Shown here piece after piece: positions 26,843 to 40,800 of a DNA stretch of 64,000 nucleotides. A program made the translations under genes and the position numbers. The notes under the pieces were generated by a model. That model saw nothing but the letters and a program-made list of their open reading frames with translations, searched no databases and had not been told where the DNA came from. Position 1 is the stretch's first letter, and every line of letters begins with the position of its first letter. The stretch covers positions 86,800,001 through 86,864,000 of the forward strand of contig OZ024743.1 of the NCBI GenBank assembly GCA_964016885.1, read 5' to 3'. The stretch comes from Eledone cirrhosa. Taxonomy: Eukaryota.

Positions 26843-27462
26843 GAGAATATTTTTGTTTTTGGTGGTTTAGTTTAATATTTAATGTTGTTATTGTTGTTGC
26901 CGCAACCGTTGTTTTTATTGTCACTCTTGTTGTTGTTGGTAGTGGTTGTGATGATGTTGTTGTTGTTGTTGTTGTTGGTGGTGGTTGTGGTTGAGGTTGT
27001 GGTGGCGATCATGTTCTAGTTATTGTTGTAGGCTCTGGTATCCCTAATGTTGTCGTTGTTGTTATTGCTGTTGTTGTTGTTGGTAGCTCTGATGTTGTTG
27101 CAGGTAGTGGTGGTGGTGGTGGCTCTGATGTTGTTGTTGTCGTTGGTGGTGGCTCCGATGCTGTTGTTGTTGTAGGTGGTGATGGTGATCCTGTTGTTGT
27201 TGTTATTGTTGTTGTTGCTTTTACTTTTGATCTGCTAATATTGGTTTAGCTAGCTGCAATACATTATAAGTATGGGTTACAATAGAAAATATCGCAATAG
27301 TTAGGAGGAGGTGGTCCAGTGATTCGGACACGACGGACACAAGGCGCCAATAGAGGGCGTTGTTTAACTAATAACTGAACAACAGCATAACAACCGCCAT
27401 CATGTTTGGCAGAGAACCAGAGATTGCGGCTAGGAACAGTTTTATTTTGGCAGTCTTCTGCT

Positions 27463-27746
<284 letters not shown>

Positions 27747-27877
27747 ATATCTCTAAGTTAGCTCTCACCAAATACGGGTGTTATCATAAGATATTTCAGC
27801 CGTAACCATCCCAGCAATTTCTGTTTTTTTTTTCAGACACTATAGATTGGGCAATCACATGAAACCGTGTGTGTATA

Positions 27878-27943
<66 letters not shown>

Positions 27944-27951
27944 CCAGACAA

Positions 27952-28015
<64 letters not shown>

Positions 28016-28020
28016 CCAGA

Positions 28021-28113
<93 letters not shown>

Positions 28114-28255
28114 GTACGTATCTGCATATACATATAAAATATCTATATATATATATATATAAATGTATATATATGTGTGTATGTGTACACATACGTATAC
28201 AGATACGTATGTGTACACACATATACATACATCTCTCTCTCTATATATATATATA

Positions 28256-28908
<653 letters not shown>

Positions 28909-29641
28909 ATATAATACAACGCGAAGGCTGGTTAGATTTCATAATTTCTTGAATTACGCAATAACCACGATACGCATTTCTGTGGTAAATTGGTTACATC
29001 ATGAAACCTTGATGCAATCCACACACACGCGGTTCCCTCTCACACTCACACAGGCGTGTCTACAAACGAAGGAAAGAGCAATAGACACATGTGCAAGTTG
29101 AGAATATTTATTAACAGTCTGAATTATTTCTGCAGAAATATATCAAAGTATATATACACATACACATACATATACATACATACACATACATACACATACA
29201 TATACATACATACATACATACACACATACATACATACATTCACGCACACATACACATTTACATACATACACACACATACATATATACATACACACACATT
29301 CATATATACATACATACAAACACACATACTTTCATATATACATTCACCCACCCACACATACGTACACACACATATACACACATACACACATACATACACA
29401 CACATACATACATACATACATACATACATACATACATACATACATACATACATACATACATACATACACACACATACATAGAAATGACTGTAAAGCCTTA
29501 ATATAATTTAGAGTGTTCTTGAAATTTTGTTGGCTCTCCTGTCTTCTGTCTTCGAATATATTTGCCGACATTTCAAGAAAAGCTTGTAAATAAGAGATAA
29601 TGGACGTCTCTTGCTATATTACGTTTCATATAACTATATAT

Positions 29642-29806
29642 AATTGTTTCTACTTTTGGCACAAGGCCAGCAATAAATCAGTGTATTACTGGTACTTTAT
29701 TTTATCGACTCCGTAAGGATGAAAGGCAAAGTTAACCTCGGCGGGATTTGAACTTAGATTGGAAAGGGCCGTAACTCTATGCGTCAAAGCATGGCGTTCG
29801 ACCCTC
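29642..29806 (-). mobile_element. 5'-truncated Deu/Nin SINE with TSD
   Basis: tataactatatataat is duplicated at 29629-29644 and 29807-29822. Confidence 0.9.
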
Positions 29807-29928
29807 TATAACTATATATAATGGATGATCCTTTAACATCTGCTGGAGTCGTAGGGACGCCGTAGTGATATACAACACGTCTTGGGAATTTTAAATCAGG
29901 TTCCAACATAACCGATCTCTTTCGGAGA

Positions 29929-30008
<80 letters not shown>

Positions 30009-30020
30009 TATATATATATA

Positions 30021-30231
30021 CAGGGTGCAGCAAAATGATCTGACTTTCGTGAACGCCTTCGACAGTGTGTGGACAATAACGGCGGCCATTTGGTTAATGT
30101 AATATTTAAAACAAAATAAAACAAAATTGCATTATATGTATATTTAGAAAATAAAAATAATTTGTTCATTCTTTATTCTATTTCGCTTTTATTAAACGTA
30201 CAAATGTGTCAGATCATTTTGCCGCACCCTG
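30021..30231. mobile_element. Tc1/mariner-type MITE
   Basis: TIRs cagggtgcagcaaaatgatctgac and gtcagatcattttgccgcaccctg, flanked by TA on both sides. Confidence 0.9.
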
Positions 30232-30241
30232 TACATATATA

Positions 30242-31294
30242 CTAGCAGAGGTACCCGGCGTTGCTCGGGTATTAAATAGCAGTTGTGTATACCATTTATG
30301 TCAATACTTCAGTGCTGCTTCGAAAACTATACTTTTACAAAATCATTGGCTTTTTCCAAAAGTGGGTTCCTGCTCCCAGGGGTCCCCTACTCAATATGTG
30401 CCAATTCTGAGAGTTCACATTCATCTGTAGGACAAACGTAGCCCATGTGTCAAGTGTTGTGAAAATCGGTTGCGAACTCCAGAAGTTATGACGTTTTGTT
30501 GCATTGCACTGCAGTGCTTCAGTCGACTCCAAGAAAGCCGGGAGGCCCTATATTCAATATCTGGGAAAATGACAGTGCCCATGACCATCCGGAGTACATA
30601 AGTAACCTATGTCTTAAATTTGGTGAAAATACTGTAGAAATGCATAAGGTTTATACATACGCGTGCGTGCGTGCATGCGTGCGTGTGTGTGTGTGCATTT
30701 GTGGGTGTGTATGTATTTGTGTGTGCGTATGTATGTGTATGTCCGTCGGGGCATACGTATGTACTAGCCTAAATCTTCACTATTTACTTTTACTATTTTA
30801 ATAACCTCTGTCATTTTCGTTTTCAATTTTATTTACATCATTCTTAAACTCCGGGGCTGGGAATCATTCTGTTATTTTAAATAGAATATTAGTCTAACGA
30901 CTCCATTTATACCATAAACTTGATCTTGTCTTTGCATGAAATTGTTCTTCACGATCCACATAACGACGTATTATCCTGGCATTTTTTTCCGTTCATTGCC
31001 AGGGAACGTCTTCACGAACCAAATTCATGTTTTCGTTCGGTTGGAACGTTTCTCGAAATATTTACTTCTGCGTTCACAGATTACTCTCAGTTCAATTTGA
31101 ATGGTAAATTCCTGTTTCATCAATTTTCTCCGTAACCATAGAAGCTTGTACCCTAAAAGTCGATCCAACGCCTCCTCGGGTCATTCTGCATAACTGTGTA
31201 AATTTTCGCTGCATTCCACGAAGCCATTTCGACGTTTATCCGACTACACCTACTTACTTAAATATACAACGTCCGACCACTTCCAATTTATATA

Positions 31295-31300
<6 letters not shown>
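30242..31300 (-). mobile_element. Non-autonomous Helitron-like element (3' end at 30242; far boundary uncertain)
   Basis: The minus strand ends with hairpin acccgagcaacgccgggt, 7 nt, then CTAG|T, which is the canonical Helitron 3' terminus. Confidence 0.6.
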
Positions 31301-31335
<35 letters not shown>

Positions 31336-31336
<1 letters not shown>

Positions 31337-33476
31337 TTAGGTTTGTTGGTTCACCACTGGATAGAATTTCGTATGGTCAATCTTGGTGTAATATTGTGGA
31401 GAGTACTCAACGTAGTGCAGTTCAACTGTCTTCGTTTGTGTAGTTGGTGGTGCGAATACGGAACCCGGTCATTGAAATGATCATAGTATAATAAACCTTT
31501 CAAGGATTTACACCATTCCAGCCTCCTGTTATTTTTATTGATAATTAACTCCGTATTCGCACCACCAACTACACAAACGAAGACGGGTGAACTGCACTAC
31601 GTTGAGTACTCTCCACAATATTACACCAAGATTGACCATACGGAATTCTATCCAGTGGTGAACCAACAAACCTAAAGAAATAATGCTCCAATAATGTTGA
31701 GCACTTCCAAATGTAATATTGAACAGCGGCACTGACTTCAGTGTACAGCTACCGCCAGCATGGGATTAACTGATCTGCTTACCATTCGGATTTTAGCTGC
31801 TCTGTGCTTTGTCTACCGCCCACCCGATGCTGCTTCCCTGTCCGGAATATTCTGATTCCGACAAAATTCTACGTATTATACTAAAACATGTATTGTATTG
31901 ACTGAATTCTCTACTCTATACCTCAGGACTTTTTTGTGACTCACACTGAATTCGGAGACCCGAACTTTACACTAGGTACCACCTGTTACCATTCCATCTC
32001 TTCCATCCTCTATATCTATATGTACAACCTGGTATTATCTTACTGCAACTTGATCTATATTGTATTTCCCCTTTGCTCTGATTCCTCCGATATGTTCTTA
32101 TATACTTCCGTCTTACTACATCACTACCCTAGCTATGAAGACGTTTTATTTATGTATTTTTACTTTTTACTTTTATTAGTTTATTAATGTATTTTTATCA
32201 ATGTATTCTTTATCTTTGTATTTTATCTTTGTATCCTGCTTTTATTTATATGTAACTTTCCTCACTCAGGTCATTATGCACCTTTCATTGCCCCCTACCC
32301 ACCAAAGAACCACACTACTTATAACCCGGATTAACTGGAGATTTTAAAAATAATTATAGTCTATTTGCACTCTTTATTGGGTTTTCCTACCTTCGATTGA
32401 TGTGGTGGCTTTTCCCGGCTGCGCGATGGTCGCTCGGAAAGTTCAGCCTTCCTTGAGTGGTTGGAAAAATAAATCTCCCCTCTTTCGGTAAACGAAATTA
32501 CTCGGAGCAGGTTAATTTTCCCCGAGCCCGTCGCGCCGCCTGTTTTGGCCGCCATATTATACTTATCCCTATAAACTCTAGACTTAGGCATAACTGTTAG
32601 CTGTATCATGTCTCTACTGGCACGTAAATAAACCCCTCATGTGTGAATTAATAGTATTCGTTTGGTATTGACGATGGCCTGTCGAAATTGTAGACTTCCC
32701 GCTAGCACACCTGGGGCCTAGGGTAGCTACGTTCCTAGAGTAGTCGGATAAATTAATTTCCATTTCTTTCGCTGGACGATACCACCCGAAACTGGGCTGA
32801 CACGTGGTTAGGAGGTGCTGGCTGGGATTCACAATCGAAGGCTTTAATCTTTACTCTATTATCCCACCCTGATATCTTATCGAGAGTAACTTTTTCATAT
32901 AAGACTCTCTCTGTAAGTTCATTAAATACATTTAAAAAATTTATTTTCCAATTTTCAATTTATTATTTTTTAATTTAATTTCATTCTATAACTCGTAACA
33001 TAAGTTTCACGTTCCAATTTTCTGCCCACACATTAGACCATACAGACACCCATTATATATGCCTTTGTTAAAATATAGATTCTTTAGAATAACATTTTTC
33101 GCGGCGTTTTCTAGCTTGACTGTAGTGTGACCTTACGCTGACTTCTTTCTTTTTCTTCTTTCTTTCTTTCTTTCTTTCTTCCCCCTTTTTTTATTCTTTG
33201 ACGGAGAGGTGGTAGTTCATTATAAGCCTTCGTCCCCTCACCAGATTGTCATTAGCAGAACGAGTAGCCATCACTTTGAGGGCGACTGGCCGAGGTGAAG
33301 GCAGATAGTTGGTCAGTCGTCCTCTTTGTCTGATTTTTCGGACCCATGGTTTTTACATATTCCTTTGTTATATTTCGAATACCTGATGATATCACCGGAT
33401 TCATATAGAACCCGGTCATTGAAATGATCATAGTATAATAAACCTTTCAAGGATTTACACCAGTCCAGCCTCCTGT

Positions 33477-33487
<11 letters not shown>
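31336..33487 (+). mobile_element. Putative non-autonomous Penelope-like element with a terminal direct repeat, a 5' inversion and an HHR-like motif, bounded by (TA)n
   Basis: 31336-31462 is inverted to 31550-31677. 31461-31539 directly repeats 33408-33486. CTGATGA...GAACCCGGTC lies at 33383-33417. Confidence 0.65.
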
Positions 33488-33554
<67 letters not shown>

Positions 33555-33807
33555 TGTAAAATCCTGACCGTGGCGCCAAGCGGCTTTGGTTTGTGTGTTC
33601 AGCAAGCCTTTTTCAAGGGTGTAGTATATATATATACATATACATATATCATAAGTATATATTGAGTTAGAAACTCAGAACAGTCCCTTATAATTAAAAT
33701 TTGGTCCCTTATAATTTGAACACATATATGTATATATCCGTGTTTATCTCTCTTTATTATATATATATATATATTGTTATACTTGGGGAGGGTCATATTG
33801 TTGTAAT

Positions 33808-33996
33808 AATTGTTTCTACGTTTGGCACAAGGCCAGCAATTATCCAGTGCATTACTGGTACTTTATTTTATCAACCCCGTAAGGATGAAAGGCAAAGTTA
33901 ACCTCGGCGGGATTTAAACTCAGAATGGCAAGGGCCGTAACTCTATACGTCAAAGCATGGCGTCCGACCCTCTACCGATACTGCCAATCCACCGCC
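33808..33996 (-). mobile_element. Full-length Deu/Nin SINE with TSD
   Basis: attgttgtaataat occurs at 33797-33810 and 33997-34010. Confidence 0.92.
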
Positions 33997-34179
33997 ATTG
34001 TTGTAATAATATTGCCATAAATAATTATAAATGCAAGGAAAGAATACACAACGAATTACCTATTTTTCTTCAAAGTCCCTACTGTAGTTTCATCGACCGT
34101 TCTGCAACATCCTTACACCTGAAGTGGTCAAGGCGGGACTTCATACATATCTGTATCTGTGTGTGTGTATCTTATTAAG

Positions 34180-34490
34180 CCCGTCGAGGTTAACTTTGCC
34201 TTTCATCCTTACGGGGTCGATAAAATAAAGTACCAGTAATGTACTGGGTAATTGCTGGCCTTGTTCCAAAAGTCGAAACAATTATTATATACATAAAGAG
34301 AGAAGGTCTGTGTGATAGAGAGGAAGAGATATAGAGGAAGTGAGAAAGAGATATAGAGGAAGAATCAAACCCTCGAAAGGATGAAAGGCGGAGTTAACCT
34401 CGGTGAGAGTCGAACACAGAGCGTAGAGTTTCGGAATAAATACCACAACACATTCTATCCAACGTGTTAACCTCTCTGCCAATTCACTTC
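34180..34490. mobile_element. Two partial Deu/Nin SINE copies (34180-34283 on +, ~34370-34490 on -)
   Basis: Core motif gaggttaactttgcctttcatcc and its reverse complement. Confidence 0.8.
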
Positions 34491-34721
34491 ACCACCTGGG
34501 TAGATTAATAAAAGCTAGTATAGTATAAATAATGGACTTCTGCTGTTCTATTATGAAAACAGTCATTATATTGAAAGTAATAAATTTACACAAGAATAAA
34601 TGAACATCTTGTCAAATGATGGCGAAATTTCAGGATATTTTCTGACTGATATAAGTTTCACTAGGTGGCGAGAGAATATTATGTGCTATTCGTTCTGGTC
34701 TTTTGCGCTCTCTAAGTTCGA

Positions 34722-35315
34722 ATACAGTGTACCCCCGCTATTCGCGGTCCCCACTATTCGCGGAATTTTCCTTAGAACGTAACTAATAATTGTTCGTGGA
34801 AACCACCGTATATTCGCGGAATCGTAAATATCTTCCGCGATATTTTATGGCTTTTTTCGTGGTAATATATATATATGTTAACGTGGTAATATATATATAT
34901 GTTAACGTGGTAATATATATATATTTTAACGTGGTAATATATATATATTTTAACGTGGTAATATATATATATTTTAACGTGGTAATATATATATATTTTA
35001 ACGTGGTAATATATATATATTTTAACGTGGTAATATATATATATGTTAACGTGGTAATATATATATATTTTAACGTGGTAATATATATATATTTTAACGT
35101 GGTAATATATATATATTTTAACGTGGTAATATATATATATTTTAACGTGGTAATATATATATATTTTAACGCTAAATTATTAATAACAATACACCGTATT
35201 TTCAGGCCTATTGGACGCCCTTTTTTAAAAATTATATTTTACGTTATATTTTGACGTTCATAGGCATTTTTATGGACCACGCTCAATATTCGCGGTCTTT
35301 CATTATTCGCGGATG
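34722..35315. mobile_element. Tigger/pogo-like MITE remnant containing a 24-bp minisatellite (~13 copies, 34858-35171)
   Basis: Starts tacagtgtacccccgctattcgcgg with recurrent tattcgcgg motifs. The repeat unit is aacgtggtaatatatatatat(t/g)tt. Confidence 0.65.
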
Positions 35316-35321
35316 CTCTAT

Positions 35322-35497
35322 TTGGATGGCCGTTGACTCTGCTGAGTTCCTCCGCTCTTTGCTGGGTCTTGTTTTTCATCCCGCAGGGTGTCCAAATATC
35401 ACCCTCCTCACCAAGCAAACTTGTGGGGTTGCCGGTTTAGTCCGAGATGACCCGACCATGAGACAGGTTGTACTGGGTTACATGCTACCAGTAACGC
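35322..35497. mobile_element. Copy of the interspersed repeat family also at 7640 and 16720
   Basis: Shared core sequence. Confidence 0.8.
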
Positions 35498-35609
35498 TCT
35501 AGAGCGACCTGACATACATAGATACACACATATATCCATGCATACATACAATAATACATATATACATATATACATAATACACACATACATATATAAATAC
35601 ATACATACC

Positions 35610-37147
35610 ATTGTAATAAGGAACGTGTATCCAGGGAATATTACACCTGATTAAGAAAAATATGGTCATCGGAACTCTCTGCGTACAATAAAACAATGGC
35701 ACACAATGTGTTGCTGTGCCTTTGGAATACTCGAGTGGACGATAAACGAAATCCGAGCAAATAATGTTAAAATTCGAAAAATTCTAAACAACACCGGAAA
35801 CCTCCACATCAACAGTGACATAGACCGCCTCTACTTGAAACGTAAGCAGGGAAGCAGAGGCCTAATATCAGTCCAGACAACATTTGAGTGTCGCATCATA
35901 TCCCTCCAACATTTACGAACCTCAAAGCGTAGGAGCCCGTCTCTCGAGCAAGTCTATCTGCATGAAATAGATATGATCATGAGAGTTGGGATGGAACTCC
36001 TTGAAAGATATTCCCTGCATGACACCCAGGGAAATTGCCCAGCAATAGTGCAGCGAATCTATGGATGAAAAACAGAATGCTTATCAGCAAAAAATTCTGC
36101 ATGGATATGTTGCCAGGAAGCTCCAGAGTGAGAGTAATATAGATAAGGAAAGTAGTCTATCTTGGACCAACAACCGCTATATTGGCTCCCACTTTGAAGG
36201 ATACACTTTTGCAATCCAAGAACAGGAAATCAACACAAAATACCTGATTCACAAAAGAGATAGGAATGCAGGCAAAACACGTAGATGTGACAAGTGCTGA
36301 CTGCAGAATTAACATCGAATATGTCACCCATGTCATAAGCAGCTGTCCCAAGATGTCATCACGATAATATCTACCTATGAGGCAGGATGTAGTGGCCAAA
36401 ACACTGTACAATGCAATCCGTAGTAAAGATAGCCCCGATAATAAACATTTAAAAAGTTACAGCAATGTGGAAGACATACATATACATAATATGAAAGAGT
36501 ACTGGTGAAATCTTCCAATCAAAACCGCAATAAAACGCAAACATAAGAGACCAGATATAGTGATATGGGACAGGGAAAAGAAGGCATGCACAGTAGTGGA
36601 AGTTAGCTGCCTAGAAGATGCCAATATAATATTAAAGATTAGTGAAAAGGAGAATATCTATGCAGAACTGATGAGAAATCTGTAGATACTCCACCCTGAT
36701 TCTACCTTCAGATTTATACCTGTGATTATTGAGGCACTGGGGTATGTCAGTAACTGCCTCAATACAAATCTTGAGAAGCTAGGCTTCACAGGAACAGAAA
36801 GAACACAACTAGTTAGGAAATTACGAGTACAATCCATTAATGGAACAGTAAAAATGTGTAAAGCATACCAAAAATTCTGCATCTAATAACTGCATATACA
36901 CTTGTACAGATACAAAGCATATACACATGCACACATACAACTCAAAACATACACCACCACACATACAATAACATCCATACCTGCACACACATGCTTGCAT
37001 GCAGACATGCATACATATCTACCTAGTTGATGTTGTTTAAATTCCAATGAGAGAGTTTTGTATCTATGTTAGAAACCGTCTCTCTCTCTATTGGTAAACA
37101 TTTGTGAAATCATAAAACCAGAATAACATACATACACACATACATAC
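35610..37147 (+). mobile_element. 5'-truncated, decayed R4/Dong-like non-LTR retrotransposon (thumb, CCHC, restriction-like endonuclease, 3'UTR)
   Basis: DIDRLYLKRKQGSRGL; FAIQEQEINTKY; THVISSCP; KRPDIVIWD...VVEVSC (PD-(D/E)xK). Multiple stops and frameshifts. Confidence 0.88.
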
Positions 37148-37149
37148 GA

Positions 37150-37770
37150 GTTTGAAAGTGTTCACCACCTGACTTGATCAAGCATCTTCATTTCACACGC
37201 TCCTCAGCCATTTTCTCCCATTCGTCAGTTGAAATTCTAGCACAAGCGAAGGTGCCTCTGACACAGTCCCGGTACCGCATTTTTGGTTTGTGTGGTGTCG
37301 TTTTCCTTCACATAGTTCTCCGCAGAGAAGTTGCTTTGAAATACGATCATCAGACATCCGGACCACGTGTCTGCACCACCTCAACCGATGCCGAAAGATC
37401 ATGCTCTTTGTAGTCACGCACCTGCTCCGTTCGAGAACTTCCAAATCACCGACGAACATTTTCCATCGCACCCCAAGTAACTTACGAAGAGTTTCTTGGT
37501 GAAATCTCTCCAGTTCCTTGAGGTGCTTTCTGTATGTGACCCACGTTTCACAAGCATAAAGCAAAGAAGAGACGACACACTTCAGATACACTTTCACCTT
37601 TGTTTCGATTGTGATACCTCGTCTGGACCATAAACGTTCATGCAGCCGCCCCAAAGCATCACTGGGTTTCTTGATTCTTAAGGATGTTTCATCATCAAGT
37701 GTGTATGAATTGTTCGACGTACTACCAAGGTAAACAAACCTGTCAGTAACTTTTAGCCTCTTTCCGTACA
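37150..37770 (-). mobile_element. RTE/BovB-like LINE ORF2 fragment
   Basis: DRFVYLGS...TKVKVYLKCVVSSLLYACETW...LERFHQ...RLRWCRHVVRMSDDRISKQLLCGEL. Confidence 0.92.
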
Positions 37771-37804
37771 TGCATATATACATGAATGCATACATATAGA
37801 CATA

Positions 37805-40800
37805 CAAGGGCCTTGTTTCAGGGGGTATCAGGGGACAAGCCCCCCCCCCCACTTTTTCAGGAACGAGGGACAACCCATCTTTTGTCATCCCTACATTTTA
37901 CCAATTAAAAAACAAAGAGTTTAAGCGGCCCCTTAGCCAGCCGAAGAAACAATACGAGAAAAAATACCTTAAATATATCTAAAATACCTTAAATAATTTT
38001 AAAAGAAACGAAGAAAATAAATAAAAGAAGCTTGTCAACGAATTCCTTAGAGAGATAAAAGAAAAACGAAAGAAATCAAAGAAGATGAAAATAAGAACAT
38101 CAACTATGACAACAGTAACAAGAACAACTTCAACAGAAACGACAACAAAAAGCAGCAATGGTGATGAAAGGTGTGGATATATACTTATACATACATACAA
38201 ACATACACACGCATGCATACGTACATACATACATACATACATACATACACACATACATACATACATACATACATACATACATACATACATACATACAAGG
38301 AAGCAAAATATTAACTTACTATGAGGCTTTATACCCTTATAGTATGGAAATAGCTGTCTGAAGATCTAATTCTTTCCATTGGAAATTCTCTGAATTTCCA
38401 ATCTTTTGATTAGTGAAACCGTCGGTAACGGCAATAGAACAAGTGAATATTTAAATCGTTTTTTAATTTATTTAAAAGATTTTTGATGATTACTTGTTCC
38501 GCTCATTTTTATAGTTCTGGTATCTCAAATTAGTACCATCGAACCACAACTATTATAAACACCATGCATATTTCTGTCGGTACTTAGTGCCTGTTGGAAT
38601 AGGACAGTTAGGTATATTTGAAAAAAAGGAAAAGAATGACTTCACTTGTAGTTCTAAACAATTTGATTTAATTTTATAATATTATAATATAATATTATAA
38701 TATTATGAGTTGGTAGATCATAATATTATATTATAAAATTGAATCAAATTGTTTTTTTTTCATATATATATGGCGTTATTATTTGACATTGTTGAAAAGC
38801 TGGTCACATAGCAGTGGCCTTTGATCTGGCAATAAAAATTGGAGACAAAATTCTTTCTGTATCAAAAACAAGGCGCGCGCGCGCACACACATACACACAC
38901 ACATGCTTGTGTGCGTGTGTATGTGTGTGTGTGTGTATCTATCTATGTATATATATATAAGGGATATAGATATAGTTTTCTCACTGTCACCAAGCATCTC
39001 AATTCATTCGTTGCAACTAAGTTTGTGATCGAGGTATTTTATTTTGCAAGGTACTATTTTTCCCTTGAGTTTGTGATTTCAGAAAAAGGTAAGAAATTCT
39101 TCATATTTTGCATCTTTGATATTTTGACTTTACAGTTTGAATTGCAGAATTGTCTATCCAATCAAAATATTGCAACAGCTAACAGTGAAATATGGAATTT
39201 TAAAAAAAGCTTTTTCGACTGAGATCAAGTCTTTGAGAACATTCATGTCTATTTTTCAAAAATATATAATTTGAAATAGCTTACTTTTGTTTGGGACTGA
39301 AAATTTGTTGTATTTAAGTAGTACGAGTATTTTTTAAAGATTTTTAAAAAGATTCTAACATAACTTGATTTGAAATGGATATTCGTGGATATTGTAAACG
39401 GAGTCGTGAAAATGATACTGTTCTTTCCCAGGAAAGCTCGAAAACAAGGAATTCAGAAAAATCAAGCCAAGATCTTGTGTCTCCCTCAACTTCCATCATT
39501 TCTTATGAACCTGCTGAACGTAATGAAAGCTTCCCTATATCAATTTATCATGAAAATCATAATGTTCTTTCTCAGGAAAGCTCCAAAAAAGTGTTAAAAA
39601 AAAATCAAGCCAAGATACTGTATCTCCCTTAACTTCCACCTTAATTGAAACTGCTGAATGTTATGAAAGCTGCCTTATACAAATGGAACCTTATCATCCA
39701 GACGTGACTGTGATACCTGTTGAAAAACTGCTAAACAAGACATTGAAGTTTCAATCAAAATGATTCCAGGCTTATAATTATGATCCTAAATTGAAAGGAG
39801 TTGTTTGTCACACTTGTTCATATGCACATCAAAACAAACTAATAAACTTGGCTAAATGCTCTGATAATGCTTTCATTTTAAGAGGCTTCAAAAACTGAAA
39901 AAAAACTCACGAAAAATTTGTTTCTCATGAAAAGTCAAACACTCATAAACTTGCGTCATCTAACATCCTTTTCAAAAAGAAACAAGAAAGTATACGGTCA
40001 AACTTGAACGAAGCCCTCCGTGATAATTAAAATAAAGCAAGACACGCTTTGCATAAGATAATATCTTCTTTGAAGTATTTAGCCGAGCAAGGGTTTACAA
40101 TTCAAGGAAAGCCTAGTGATGAGGGAAACTTCATGGAGCTGTTAAATCCTCGATTTGAAGATGTACATGAGCTAAGAGTTTGGTTGAACAGAAAACACAG
40201 TTACGCCAGTGCTGAAATCCAAAATGATATTTTAAAAACAATGAAAGGCATAATAAAGAAAATTAACAAAGAATCTAAGCAGTTTGGAATAATTATTGAT
40301 GGTACACAAGATATTCAGGGTAAGGAACAGGAGGTCATTTATGTTCATTATGTCAATGATTGCTTTGAAATTAAAGATGTTTTAGGAATCTACAATATAG
40401 ATAGTACAACTGGTAAATCTCTTTGTCAAATGATTCTTGATATACGTAGAAGTATATCAAGAATCATTTGACAAAAAGATTTACCAATTCAAAATCTTCG
40501 ATCCCAGACATATGATGGTGCAACCAATATGGCAGGTAAACATCTTGATTGTGAAGTAGAAATAAAGAAGATTCAGCCCCTGGCTCATTACTGCGGCGCT
40601 CATATTTCTCAACATATTATAGCTAAATCCGTTCAACAAGCTTCATTTATCAAAAATGTTCTCGATTACGTGAATGAATTGCGGAAACTATATAGTACAT
40701 CAGGTAAATTTAAGCACGAGTACTTATCACAGGATGAAGAAAATGAAGTATCGTACCACACTCCTTAAAACCTCTGTGTTCTACTCGATGGCTAACACGA

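Noticed and set aside
23740-26994. Decapeptide-repeat ORFs as a repeat protein or CRISPR-like array
   Set aside because: A 30-bp unit is stop-free in several frames by chance and a 1-bp insertion breaks the frames. There are no unique spacers, and the context is eukaryotic with no cas genes.
29885-29930. Very degenerate HHR-like hairpin next to (TA)n (minus strand)
   Set aside because: Both core segments are mutated, so it is too weak to call.
38358-38390. CTGAAGA...GAAA as a hammerhead (also the minus-strand motif at 3313-3327)
   Set aside because: Stems cannot be formed in the correct register, and both lie within other decayed TEs.
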